NCBI GenBank assembly: GCA_018005585.1
Contig: JAGMZX010000010.1
Coordinates: 830-64,829 of the forward strand
Source: Candidatus Hydrogenedentota bacterium
GTDB lineage: Bacteria > Hydrogenedentota > Hydrogenedentia > Hydrogenedentales > JAGMZX01
Reading direction: 5' to 3'
Length of the DNA: 64,000 nt
The translations under genes and the position numbers were made by a program. The notes under the pieces are model-generated. The model worked only from the letters and a program-made list of their open reading frames with translations. It did no database searches and was not told the DNA's origin. Within the stretch, counting starts at the first letter, position 1. Each line of letters starts with the position of its first letter. This document shows, one piece after another, positions 45,554-55,601 of the stretch.

Positions 45554-47050
45554 ATGCAGATCGAAGTAATGGAACGGAGCCGCTGGCGCACCGCGCCGGA
45601 CGCGGCCTGTCTTGTCCTGTTCATGCCGGAGAAAGGGCGAGCGCCCGACAGCCCGCTGCTCAGCAGATCCGCACGCAAGGATTTGCACACGCTCGCCGCG
45701 CTCGGCGTGATTACGGGCAAACCGGGCGAGGCCTACTTCCTCCCCACGCCCGGAGGCGGACAGCGCGGCGTTTTGATTGCGGGCGCGGGCAAAGAACGCA
45801 GCGTTCCTGCGGAAACGCTTCGCCGCTGCGGCGGCAGCGCGTGGCCTCTCTTGAAAGGAAACCGCGTCGCGCAGGTTGTCGTGGACCCGGCCGGGTATCG
45901 CGGCTTGCCCGTCGATGCGTTCGTCGAGGGGCTCATTCTGGGCAGTTATGACTTTGACGCGTACAGGAAGAAGGACGAGAGAGCCCCGTCCAGGCACGTT
46001 CTCCGCGGTATCACGGTGCTTGTCGAGAAAAAGAGCGAGATTGGCCGTGTGCGCGGCCGCTGTGAATATGCGGCACTGTCGAGTTTGAGCGCGAACGCGG
46101 CGCGCAACCTGGCGAACACGCCCGCGAACGACATGACGCCGGCGGCGCTCGCGGCTTTCGCGCTGGCGATTGGGAAGGAACCGCACTGCCGCTGCGAAAT
46201 CCTCGACGAAGACGACTTGCGGAAGCTGCGCATGAACGCCCTGCTCGGCGTGGCGCGCGGCAGCGACGCGCCGCCTCAGCTTGTCGTGCTTCAATACACG
46301 CACCCGAAAGCAAAGGAGACCATCGCGCTCGTGGGCAAGGGGGTCACATTTGATACGGGCGGCATCTCGCTCAAGCCGCCGGAAAACATGCACGAGATGA
46401 AGTTTGACATGTGCGGCGCGGCGGCGGTGCTGTGCACGATGCTGGCCGCAGCGCAACTGCGCCCGCGATTGAAGATCATATGCGTCGTTCCGGCGGTCGA
46501 GAACAAGCCCGGCCCGAGCGCGCAGACGCCGGGCGACATCGTCACCGCCTGCAACGGAACCTCGATCGAGGTGCACAACACCGATGCTGAAGGCCGTCTC
46601 ATTCTCGCCGATGCGCTGGCGTATACGGTCAAGCGGTTCCGGCCCAAGGCCATCATCGACGTGGCAACGCTGACGGGCGCGTGCGTCGTTGCGCTCGGGC
46701 ACTACGCCGCGGGCCTGATCGGCAACAACGACGCGCTGTGTGACGTACTCGAACGCGCCGCCGGCGCTACCGGTGAGCGCGTGTGGCGGCTGCCGCTCTG
46801 GGATGACTACCGCGAACTCGTGAAGGGCACGCACGCCGACCTGTGCAACATCGGCCCGCCCAAGGAAGCCGGGACAATCGCCGGCGCCGCATTCCTCGAA
46901 ACATTCATCGGCAAGACGCCATGGGTCCATCTGGATATCGCCGGGACCGCGTACGGCGTGAAAAACATCCCCTATCTCGACCCGAAACACGCGACGGGCT
47001 ATGGCGTGCGTCTTTTGACGCAGTGGATCATGGACCGCGCGCGTTCCTGA
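45554..47050 (+). CDS. pepA: leucyl aminopeptidase (M17 family)
   Basis: The M17 signature NTDAEGRLILADALAY is present, with metal ligands (VGKGVTFDTGG). A GAGG RBS lies before the ATG at 45554. Confidence 0.9.
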   Translation: MQIEVMERSRWRTAPDAACLVLFMPEKGRAPDSPLLSRSARKDLHTLAALGVITGKPGEAYFLPTPGGGQRGVLIAGAGKERSVPAETLRRCGGSAWPLLKGNRVAQVVVDPAGYRGLPVDAFVEGLILGSYDFDAYRKKDERAPSRHVLRGITVLVEKKSEIGRVRGRCEYAALSSLSANAARNLANTPANDMTPAALAAFALAIGKEPHCRCEILDEDDLRKLRMNALLGVARGSDAPPQLVVLQYTHPKAKETIALVGKGVTFDTGGISLKPPENMHEMKFDMCGAAAVLCTMLAAAQLRPRLKIICVVPAVENKPGPSAQTPGDIVTACNGTSIEVHNTDAEGRLILADALAYTVKRFRPKAIIDVATLTGACVVALGHYAAGLIGNNDALCDVLERAAGATGERVWRLPLWDDYRELVKGTHADLCNIGPPKEAGTIAGAAFLETFIGKTPWVHLDIAGTAYGVKNIPYLDPKHATGYGVRLLTQWIMDRARS

Positions 47051-47290
47051 CCGCGAATATGCGCTACGGGACCCGCGATGCGACGAACACAGGAGTGTTG
47101 CCTTCGTTTTCGCACAGGCACGTGTGTGTTGCGCGCCGCCGCGTGCCGGCCGGGTTTATGGCAATCCCAACGGCTATGATAGACTGCCACCCCGGTGTCC
47201 AAACGAGACGGGTTCAGCCAGGAGTACGAAGTCATTGGCTCTGACCACGTTTGCGAAAAACCCAAAGGCTTCTTAAGAAGAAAGGCGCGG

Positions 47291-50200
47291 TTGTGACTGT
47301 CTGGACGAAGATACGATTGGCGCGCCGCAGTCTGGCGGCCGTTTTCATCCTCTTGACGTCTCCCACCTTCAGCGATGACTGGCCCATGTACCGGCACGAC
47401 GCGTTGCGCAGCGGCGTGACCGAAGAGCAGTTGCAGCCCCCTCTCCAGGAGGCGTGGGCGTTTGAAACGCGTATCCCGCCGGCGCCGGCGTGGCCCGCCC
47501 CGGCCAAACAGGATTTCTGGAACGAAGTGCGCGAGTTGCGCCCGGTCACGACCTATGACCGCGCGTTTCATGCCGCCGTGGCGGATGGCCGGCTCTTTTT
47601 CGGTTCTTCCGGCGATGACCAGGTCTACTGCCTCGATGCCGCAAACGGGGGCGTACTCTGGACATTCTTCGCGGAGGCGCCAGTACGGCTTGCGCCGGCA
47701 ATCGCGGACGGGAAGGCGTACGCCGGGTCGGATGACGGTTGGGTCTACTGCCTGGACGCACGCGACGGCTCGCTCTTATGGAAACACCGTCCCCCTCACG
47801 CCGATCGCTGGCTGCCGGGCAACGGACGCGTGATTTCGGCGGTGCCTGTTCGCACGGGCGTGCTGGTGGACAACGGCACGGCCTACTACTGCGCGGGGCT
47901 GTTCCCGGACCGCGCGGTCTATCGCTGCGCCCTCGACGCGGCGACCGGCCGCGAACTGTGGTGCCTGCCCGCGGACAATGTCTCGCCGCAGGGGTATCTC
48001 ATTGCTTCGCCCACGCGCCTCTTCGTGCCGACGGGCCGCACGAACCCGGGCATCTTCGCCCGCGACACCGGCGCACCGCTGGGCAGCCTCGCCAGCGGCG
48101 GCGGGCCCTTTGCCGTGCTGACTGACGACGTGCTGACCGTGGGGCCGGGCACGCGCGAAGTCGACACCATCCGGTTCGCGGATGCGCAAAGCGCGGAGAC
48201 CATCGCCACCGCGGAGGGACTGCGCCTCGTCGTGCGCGGGCCGCGCGGGTACATCCAAACCGCAACGGTCCTGCGGGCGCTGGACCGGCCCCGATTCCTG
48301 GAACTTGGCCGCGAATACACGAAGGAAACGCAGCGGTCGAAAGACCTCGAGAAACAGGTCAAGGCGGCGGGCGGCAATGCGCCCGAATTGCGGCAAGAAT
48401 ATACGCAGGTGGAACAGCGGCGCGCGGAATTGGCGGACGCGATGCGCGCGTGTTACCTGTGGGAGACGCCGCACGAGGCACCGTACGAGCTGGTCCTGGC
48501 GGGGAACTTGCTCTTCGCGGGCGGGGACGGTCACGTGGCCGCTTTCAACAGGGACGACGGCAGCCTGGTCTGGCAGGGGCCGGTGCGAGGCCGCGCCTAC
48601 GGGCTCGCGGTATCGAACGGCCGCTTGTATGTCAGCACAGACGAGGGTGTTATCCATTGCTTCAGCGCGGACACCACGGCGGCTCCGGCGGATACCGCCG
48701 CACTGCCCGACGCATCGTTCTTTGAGAACGGCGCCGAGGCGCTCCTGTATGCCGAGGCAGCAAATCATATACTCGCAAAGACCGGGATTCGGCGCGGTTA
48801 TTGCGTCGTGCTGGACTGCGGCGAGGGCCACCTCGCCTATGCGCTGGCGAAACAGCCGGACCTCAAGGTCGTCGGATTGGAGCGCGACGCGGACAAGGTC
48901 GCGCGCGCGCGGCTGGCGCTGAACGCGGCGGGGCTCTACGGCCCGCGCGTGACCGTGCGCCATTGGACGGACGAGACGCTGCCATACACGACCTATATGG
49001 CGAATCTGGTTGTCTCCGACGCGGCGTTGACGGGAGCCGCGCCATCCATCGCGGCGGCCGAAGTGCTACGCGTCCTGCGGCCGTACGGCGGTGTCGCCTG
49101 CATCGGCGCACCGGCGCCGGTAACGGCATCGCCGGACCCAAGCGCGCTGGCCGCTTGGGGGGTTGGTATTTCCGGACTGCGCATCGACACTGTGGACGGC
49201 GTCTGGGCGGTAATCGAGCGCGGCCCGGTGGCGGGCGCGGGTGAATGGACGCAGCTCTATGCCGATTCCGCGCACACCGCATGCAGCCGCGATCCCGTGC
49301 GCGGGCCCATGGATATCCTCTGGTTCGGCGAACCGGGCCCGCGCGACATGGTCGACCGCCACCACCGGCCCATGTCGTCGTTATTCAAGGACGGGCGGCT
49401 TTTCATTCCGGGGGACAACCTGGTAATTGCGGTGGACGCCTACAATGGCACGCAACTCTGGCGCCGGGAGGTGCCGGATTCGCGGCGCGTGGGCAGCCTC
49501 AAGAACAGCGGCCACATGGTGCTCGCCGGCGACGCGCTGTACGTGGCGCGCAAGAATGAATGCTGGGTGTTCGACCCGGTTACGGGCGAGCAGCGGGCAA
49601 TGTTCCGGCTCCCGGCGCAGGAAGCCGCCGCCGAGGACTGGGGCTACCTCGACTGCGTGGACGACATCCTCCTGGGCACGAGCCAGGCCGAAGGCGCTTC
49701 CTTCGACCAGCTTTCTAAAATGCAGGTCAACATCATCGAAGGCGATTTCCGGCCCGTCATCATGAGCCGAGCCCTGTTCGGCATGGACCGGAACAACGGC
49801 AACGTGTTGTGGCGTTATCAGGATGGCGTCATCATGAATGACGCGGTCTGCGCCGCGGAGCATCGTGTCTACTTCATCGAAAGCCGAAATGAGACCGCGC
49901 GCGCGAACAAGAACGGGCGGCTCGGCATCAAGCAGTTCTGCGAAAGCGATACATACCTGATCGCCCTCGATCTGCGAGACGGGCGAAAGCTCTGGGAGCG
50001 GCCGGTTACTCTGCCGTTCCACCATATCATGTATTTGAACGGCGCCAACGGTCTCCTGCTCGCATCCGGGTCGTATAACGAGCAGGAGAAGGTCATGTAC
50101 GGACTCTTCACGTTCGAAATGGCGAGCGGCGCAGACGCGTGGCAGACCTCGTTCCGCGCCATGGACGCGCGCTGTACCGATTTCGCCGGCACGGGCGGCT

Positions 50201-50562
50201 CGCATGGCGAGCAGTGGCAGCATCCGGTGATCATCGACGGCGTCATTTACGCACGGCCCTACGCGTTCGACTTGCGCACCGGCGAAAAGAAAGAGTACGT
50301 GCTGTATCGCGGTGGGCACGGCTGCGGCGGACTGACCGGTTCGGCTTATTACCTGTACGGACGGGGCAGCAACCCGCGCATGTACCCGACGGAAGCGACT
50401 CAGACCGAGGGCATTCCGCTGACGACGGTGTCCCGCCCGGGCTGCTGGCTGAACATTATCCCCGCGGGCGGCATCATCATGATCCCCGAGTCGAGTTCCG
50501 GGTGTACCTGCGCTTATCCTTTGCAGACCTCGATTGCGTTCATCCCCAAAGCGGACCTGTAA
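47291..50562 (+). CDS. large secreted PQQ-like beta-propeller repeat protein with embedded class-I SAM methyltransferase-like domain
   Basis: It is about 1090 aa. Repeated PQQ/BamB-type blades are present (..DGRLFFGSSGDDQVYCLDAANGGVLW.., ..GKAYAGSDDGWVYCLDARDGSLLW.., ..LFAGGDGHVAAFNRDDGSLVWQ..). The central segment (VVLDCGEGHLAYALAKQPDLKVVGLERDADKVARARL) looks like a methyltransferase GxGxG fold. A GTG start at 47291 has a GAAAGG RBS and a signal peptide. The track starts at TTG 47251. Confidence 0.7.
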
Positions 50563-50679
50563 CCCGCGTCACGCCGCCGTACAATTGGGAAAGACCGCCG
50601 CACCAGCGCCGGCAGCGCCTCCAGGAACGCCGCCGCCCGTTCCTTCGCCGAGTGCGTGTCAGCTCCCGAAACCGGGGGC

Positions 50680-52032
50680 TCACTCGGGCAATGGCTTTCC
50701 CTTGGTCTCCGGCGCAAAGGGCAACACCAACAGGCCCAGCACGAAGACCGACGACAACAGCAGGATGCTGGTCGCGTAGCCGAACGCATCCAGGAGGCCC
50801 GCGGAAAAGAACACGGCGAACGCGGTCAGATACCGGGCGACGTTATAGCAGAATCCCGTTCCGGTGGAGCGCAGGCGCGTGGGGAACAGTTCCGGAAAAT
50901 AGACCGCGAAACCGCCGAGCAACATGAGCAGCGCGAAACCAACGCCGAAAAACAGGAGCAGCGCCTGCGCATAGGTGCTGGTCACTGCAAACGCGGTCGG
51001 GATGATAATCAGGCACGCGAGCAGCGAGATAGCGAATGACCAGCGCCGCCCGATGCGCAGGGCAAGCCACGCGAAAAGCAAGGAGCCGAAGAAGGAACCG
51101 AAGTTCTGGCACATGCCGACGGACACGACCATGATCTCCTTGACCTGCTTGTCTTGCAGCGAAGGGAACCACTCTCTGTATCCTTCGGGCTGTAGGATAG
51201 CGCGATTGAGTTCAGGGGAGAGCACGCCCATGCCCCAAAAACCGATGACGCCAACCGTGGCCAGCGCCACGCCAATCAGCGTGTTGCGGCGCACCTGCGG
51301 CTCTCGAAACAGTCCGAAGATGGAACCCATGGCAGCCTTGCCCTGGCGGGCGTCCTCCCGCGCCTGATGCCACTTCTCCGGCTCACGAACAAAGAGAAAA
51401 ATGATCACCACCAGCAACGCGGGGACAATGCCGACGCCGAATACCCAACGCCAGGCGTGGGCCGGGTCCATCAGCGTGACAACGGCAATCGTGACGAAGC
51501 CCGCGGTGATATTGCCGAGAGCGGAAGTCGCCTGCACCAGGCTCAAAGCCGTGGCGCGCGCGTGAGCGGGAAAAGTCTCGGCGACGAGCGCCGCACCCGC
51601 GGCAAACTCGCCTCCAACGCCGAGGCCGGTCAGGAAGCGCAACGCGGCGAACTGCTGCCAGGTCTGTGCAAGGCCGCTCAAGCCGGTGAACACTGCATAG
51701 ACCAGGATGGTAACCGCCATCGTGCGGGTGCGGCCAAGCCGGTCGCCGACCATACCGAATAGAAGGCCGCCCGTCGCCCATCCGATCATCAGGCAGGCCG
51801 TGACTACATTGATGAAATAGCGGACATCTCCGTCCGAAGCGCCGGGACCGAGCAATTCCTTGAGCGCGTACTCCTTTGAATAGACGAACAGCCACTGGTC
51901 CAAGGTATCGAACGACCAGCCCAAGCACGCGACCACGAGCACAAGATAGTGGTAGCCCGTGAGTCCTTCGGTCCAACGTCTTCTTTCTTCCGGCACAGCA
52001 CGTCCTCCCGCTTCTCTGGCACAGAATTCCAT
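50680..52032 (-). CDS. MFS transporter
   Basis: It has 12 predicted TM helices. The MFS motif (..GDRLGRTRT..) lies in loop 2-3 and there is a second-half repeat. Confidence 0.85.
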   Translation of the reverse strand: MEFCAREAGGRAVPEERRRWTEGLTGYHYLVLVVACLGWSFDTLDQWLFVYSKEYALKELLGPGASDGDVRYFINVVTACLMIGWATGGLLFGMVGDRLGRTRTMAVTILVYAVFTGLSGLAQTWQQFAALRFLTGLGVGGEFAAGAALVAETFPAHARATALSLVQATSALGNITAGFVTIAVVTLMDPAHAWRWVFGVGIVPALLVVIIFLFVREPEKWHQAREDARQGKAAMGSIFGLFREPQVRRNTLIGVALATVGVIGFWGMGVLSPELNRAILQPEGYREWFPSLQDKQVKEIMVVSVGMCQNFGSFFGSLLFAWLALRIGRRWSFAISLLACLIIIPTAFAVTSTYAQALLLFFGVGFALLMLLGGFAVYFPELFPTRLRSTGTGFCYNVARYLTAFAVFFSAGLLDAFGYATSILLLSSVFVLGLLVLPFAPETKGKPLPE

Positions 52033-52130
52033 GGTTCCCCGGTCAGGTCATACCATAACGGACACAGACCGTGTTTGCAAGCGGAAATGCCTTCCCCGAG
52101 CGCGTTCCAGCGCATTTCGTCCGCGCAGGC

Positions 52131-54614
52131 TCACTCCGTGATGCGCTCGTAAGTGAAGAAAGCCGACCCCGGACGTTCCGATATCCCCACGGGCAGGCCG
52201 CGGTCCGCCAATTCGACCCCTGTAAGCACGACCGGGTTATCGGGCGCGTCCATATTGGTGACGCGGTAGCGGGCTTCGGGCCGCAGCGCTTTCAGGGGCA
52301 GCTGCGCCGTTTCATAGATGCTCGCATCGCGCCGGAATACCTGGATCATCCCCGCGCCCGCTTCGGGCCGGTCGAATTGCCAGCCGATCCACTGGTCATT
52401 CGACAGCGTGTACGGCGTGAGCGGGTAGTAATCGCCGAAATAGTTGGCGCCGAAATCGCGCCATTGCCGGACCAGTCGGGCCAGCGTCGGGTAGTCCAGG
52501 TTTGCCTCGCGCTGGTCCCAGCACGCGGTGAAATGAGGGCACAAGACGCTGCGCACAAGATAGGGGTCGGTCTTGGACGTGCCGGTGCCGTAAAAGGGGA
52601 ACCACAGCGACAACGCCCAGGTGTGGCACTGGTTGCCGACGGGTTCCATGATGTAATCGCTGCGCAGCAGCGGAACGGCGCGACGGAGCGTTTCCAGGTC
52701 GTTCCGTCGTCCGCCGGATGCGCACGAGTCAATGAGCATGTTCGGATGACGCCGCCGCAACTCGTCCCAATAGGCGAAATAACCCTCGACGTGCCGGATT
52801 TCCGTTATGCCCTGCCGGTCGGGCGCATCGGCGCGACGCCAGTAGTCCAGCGGGTCCATGTTGAAGTCCTGACGGTAGAGGTCGATGCCCTCTCGCGTAA
52901 GCAGCGCGTCCACATGGTCCGTGAGCCAGCGGCGCGCTTCAGGGTTGCCTAGGTCGAGCAGGCCGCCGCCGGCGCCGCCATGAATCCACTCGGGGTGATT
53001 CTCGGTGAGCCAAGTGCCCGCCGTAACGCGCTCCGGCTCGAACCAGACGATAATATCGACGTCCTTAGCGTGCGCGTGGTCGGTGATGGGCCGAAAACCG
53101 CCGGGAAAGCGCCCTTGGTCCACCTCCCACGTTCCTGTATTGGGCCAACCAGTCTTGTTGTAGTACCAGCCGGCGTCCATCCACCAGTAATCCAGTTTGA
53201 TGTCGCGTTCCAGATACTTGTCAACGAAAAAGATCTGACTCTCGGTGTCGGCGTTGATCATCTCGCCGTATTGGTGCGAACTGCACGCGGCCAATTGCGG
53301 CAACGGCGGTAGTTTGCCGCCGGGCCGCGGCACATTGTGCGCGATCATCCACGCGCGCCAGACGTTCTGCGCATGGAGCCGGCCTTCTTTCCAGAACTGC
53401 AGGACAATCATCGGCGTCCGCGCCTCTTCGCCGGGATGCAGCGTGAAATGGGTGCGTTCCTGACCCGCGCGCAGGCAGATGCCGTATCCGCCGTCGCGGG
53501 TGAACTGCGCCGCCCATTGGCCTGCCCAGCTGACAACGAAGATGAGCCCTTCCGTGCCCGCGCCTTCCTCCTCGCCGAAAGCCAGATTGAAATAGGGAAA
53601 CGCCATCTGAGTAGGTCTGCCGCCCGTGTTGGCAATCCGCAAGTCCTCATCCGGCTCCAGCGGCTCTCGGACAGGCTCGAAGCTGTCTGCCGTGCAATTG
53701 TCGCCTTTATGCCGGTTCAACGTGAATTCCCGCTCCGAGGCGCGTTCGAACCGCGTATCGATGGCCAGAATATCGCTGAGGATGGGCGTGTCCTGCCCGC
53801 CGTTGTTGCGGAAGTGGAGCGTCCACTCGACTACGGGGAAATCGCGATAGGCAACGCCAACGCAACGGACCTCCAGCCCGGTCTTGGGGTCGGTATAGGT
53901 GATCACGTGTTCCATACGCTGCTCATCGAGCGGTTTGGCATCCTGTGCGCGCGCCCAGCCGGGTAGCAGCTCGCGCGAGTGCTGCCCGCCGTAAACGAAA
54001 GAGAAAAACGGTTCGGTGTCGTACGGCTCACGATGGTGTGATTCAATGGGCAGGTCGCCAAGCCAGATGACGCTGCCGTCCTCCAACGTAACCCGCGCAT
54101 CCGCCCAGTCCGCCTGGTCGCAGGCGATACCATCGCCGCCATCGTCCACATGCAGGCCGAGGCGCGTGGCGCCGTTGAGCACGACGTTCACCGGCACGCC
54201 GGCCGCGCCCTCGCGCATCAGGTCAGACTGCCATGCCTTGCGCGCGCCGGCGCGCACCGAGAACACAACACTGCCGCGGCCCCCGCTGGTCTGCTCATTC
54301 GAGTCCACGCCAACAACGGCCTCGAATGCCGCGGCGGGGCCGGGCAGGTATGCCACGACCCGGCTGACCGCATGGCAGTAGAGGCCGCGGGTGTATTCAC
54401 GGTCGGCGATGCGCATGGGCTTGCCGCCGCGCGCGTTCAACTGAACGGGATCGTTATTCGCGATGACCTCGATGTGCGGGCGCGCTCCGGCGGTGGCGAC
54501 GATGCCTTCAAACTTGGCGGCGGCCCACTGCTGCGCCTCGGCCAGTTCGGCTTCGGTTGCGGCGGCGCCGGTGATGATGTGAGCAAGACAGGCGATAATG
54601 GCAGCAGCGGTCAT
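52131..54614 (-). CDS. GH36-family alpha-galactosidase-like enzyme with N-terminal NPCBM-like carbohydrate-binding domain
   Basis: A signal peptide is present (MTAAAIIACLAHIITGAAA). N-terminal NPCBM-like features are present. The central GH36-like catalytic region reads (..KLDYWWMDAGWY.., ..YRQDFN..). Confidence 0.7.
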   Translation of the reverse strand: MTAAAIIACLAHIITGAAATEAELAEAQQWAAAKFEGIVATAGARPHIEVIANNDPVQLNARGGKPMRIADREYTRGLYCHAVSRVVAYLPGPAAAFEAVVGVDSNEQTSGGRGSVVFSVRAGARKAWQSDLMREGAAGVPVNVVLNGATRLGLHVDDGGDGIACDQADWADARVTLEDGSVIWLGDLPIESHHREPYDTEPFFSFVYGGQHSRELLPGWARAQDAKPLDEQRMEHVITYTDPKTGLEVRCVGVAYRDFPVVEWTLHFRNNGGQDTPILSDILAIDTRFERASEREFTLNRHKGDNCTADSFEPVREPLEPDEDLRIANTGGRPTQMAFPYFNLAFGEEEGAGTEGLIFVVSWAGQWAAQFTRDGGYGICLRAGQERTHFTLHPGEEARTPMIVLQFWKEGRLHAQNVWRAWMIAHNVPRPGGKLPPLPQLAACSSHQYGEMINADTESQIFFVDKYLERDIKLDYWWMDAGWYYNKTGWPNTGTWEVDQGRFPGGFRPITDHAHAKDVDIIVWFEPERVTAGTWLTENHPEWIHGGAGGGLLDLGNPEARRWLTDHVDALLTREGIDLYRQDFNMDPLDYWRRADAPDRQGITEIRHVEGYFAYWDELRRRHPNMLIDSCASGGRRNDLETLRRAVPLLRSDYIMEPVGNQCHTWALSLWFPFYGTGTSKTDPYLVRSVLCPHFTACWDQREANLDYPTLARLVRQWRDFGANYFGDYYPLTPYTLSNDQWIGWQFDRPEAGAGMIQVFRRDASIYETAQLPLKALRPEARYRVTNMDAPDNPVVLTGVELADRGLPVGISERPGSAFFTYERITE

Positions 54615-54769
54615 GAACCGTTTTTCCTTTCGCATTACACGCGGTCAGCGGCACACGCACCCTGGTCCAGGCAAAAGACCGTGGTACACCCCCGGCTTCC
54701 GCCGCGACGGACGGCGGACACATTCTCCCCCGGCCGGTCGCGAGCATAGACCAGACGCGCCGCTGGCGT

Positions 54770-55135
54770 CTATTCCGGCAAGACAGATTGGTCAGCGACC
54801 CAGTTCGACGGCCTGCGGCAGTGCAGGTGGATACGCTTCGTGCATGCTTCTTCGCGCAAATGCGCCGCAGCCCGATAGGCCGGGTCGCGCACGAAGCGGT
54901 GAAAATGCTCGATGCTCGGCCATTCGGTGATGTACACGTAATCCGGGCGAAAATCCCCCTGAATCACGTCGACCGGAATCAGCGCTTCGATGCGCCGTGC
55001 GCCGTACTTGCGCGCAACCACCGAGGCAGCCTCGAGGTATTCGGCGTAGCGTTGCGCGCCATGGGGCCGGGCAAACCACACGGCATGCAGGATGTACGCC
55101 CGTTGGTCCTCGGGCTGGTTTCCAGAGCCAGGCAT
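54770..55135 (-). CDS. DUF1330 domain protein
   Basis: 121 aa with the typical DUF1330 pattern (..YILHAVWFARPHG..YAEYLEAASVVARKYGAR..EWPSIEHFHRFVRDPAYR..). Confidence 0.7.
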   Translation of the reverse strand: MPGSGNQPEDQRAYILHAVWFARPHGAQRYAEYLEAASVVARKYGARRIEALIPVDVIQGDFRPDYVYITEWPSIEHFHRFVRDPAYRAAAHLREEACTKRIHLHCRRPSNWVADQSVLPE

Positions 55136-55470
55136 ACGCGAACCCTTTCACTCGCCCCTATCGGCACTAGACTGGCTCACCCGCCGCACATGCACGCCCC
55201 GCTCGGGGCGCACGTTTGACCTGTTCAGATACTACGGCAGCAGGCGCGCTTGTGTCAATCATTTCGAGGCAATACGGCCAGCACACGGTGAAAATACTTA
55301 TCCTTGCGGGGCTGTTCCGCGAACGCCGCGCACCTCATGGCAGCATACGCGCGCGGCAGATGAGCTACCAAATTGTCACTAATTATATGAAATATGTGCA
55401 TAGTGCTCACAAAGAACGCACTTGATGGGAAGAAAATCTGCCGTTCAGGTAGTTTCTAACAAGAAAGGAC

Positions 55471-55500
55471 TTGACTTGTGGCAACCGGTTTCAGTAGGAT
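55471..55500 (+). promoter_or_regulatory. candidate sigma-70 promoter for gltBD (TTGACT-18-TAGGAT)
   Basis: It lies about 100 nt upstream of the gltB start and is preceded by an AT-rich UP-like stretch (aaattgtcactaattatatgaaatatg). Confidence 0.35.
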
Positions 55501-55601
55501 ACGGGTCCAACGCCTATCGGTGCGGGCACCGAATCTTAGACCTGAGTACCGGTCTCGTTTGCAGACTCCATCGTTCAAACAGAAAGGCGGCGGTAGTGTA
55601 T

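Noticed and set aside
55477-55500. Sigma-54-like TGGCAAccggtTTCAg within the gltB promoter region
   Set aside because: The -12 element is TTCA rather than TTGC. The overlapping sigma-70-type -35/-10 pair explains the region more simply. It is kept only as a weak possibility.
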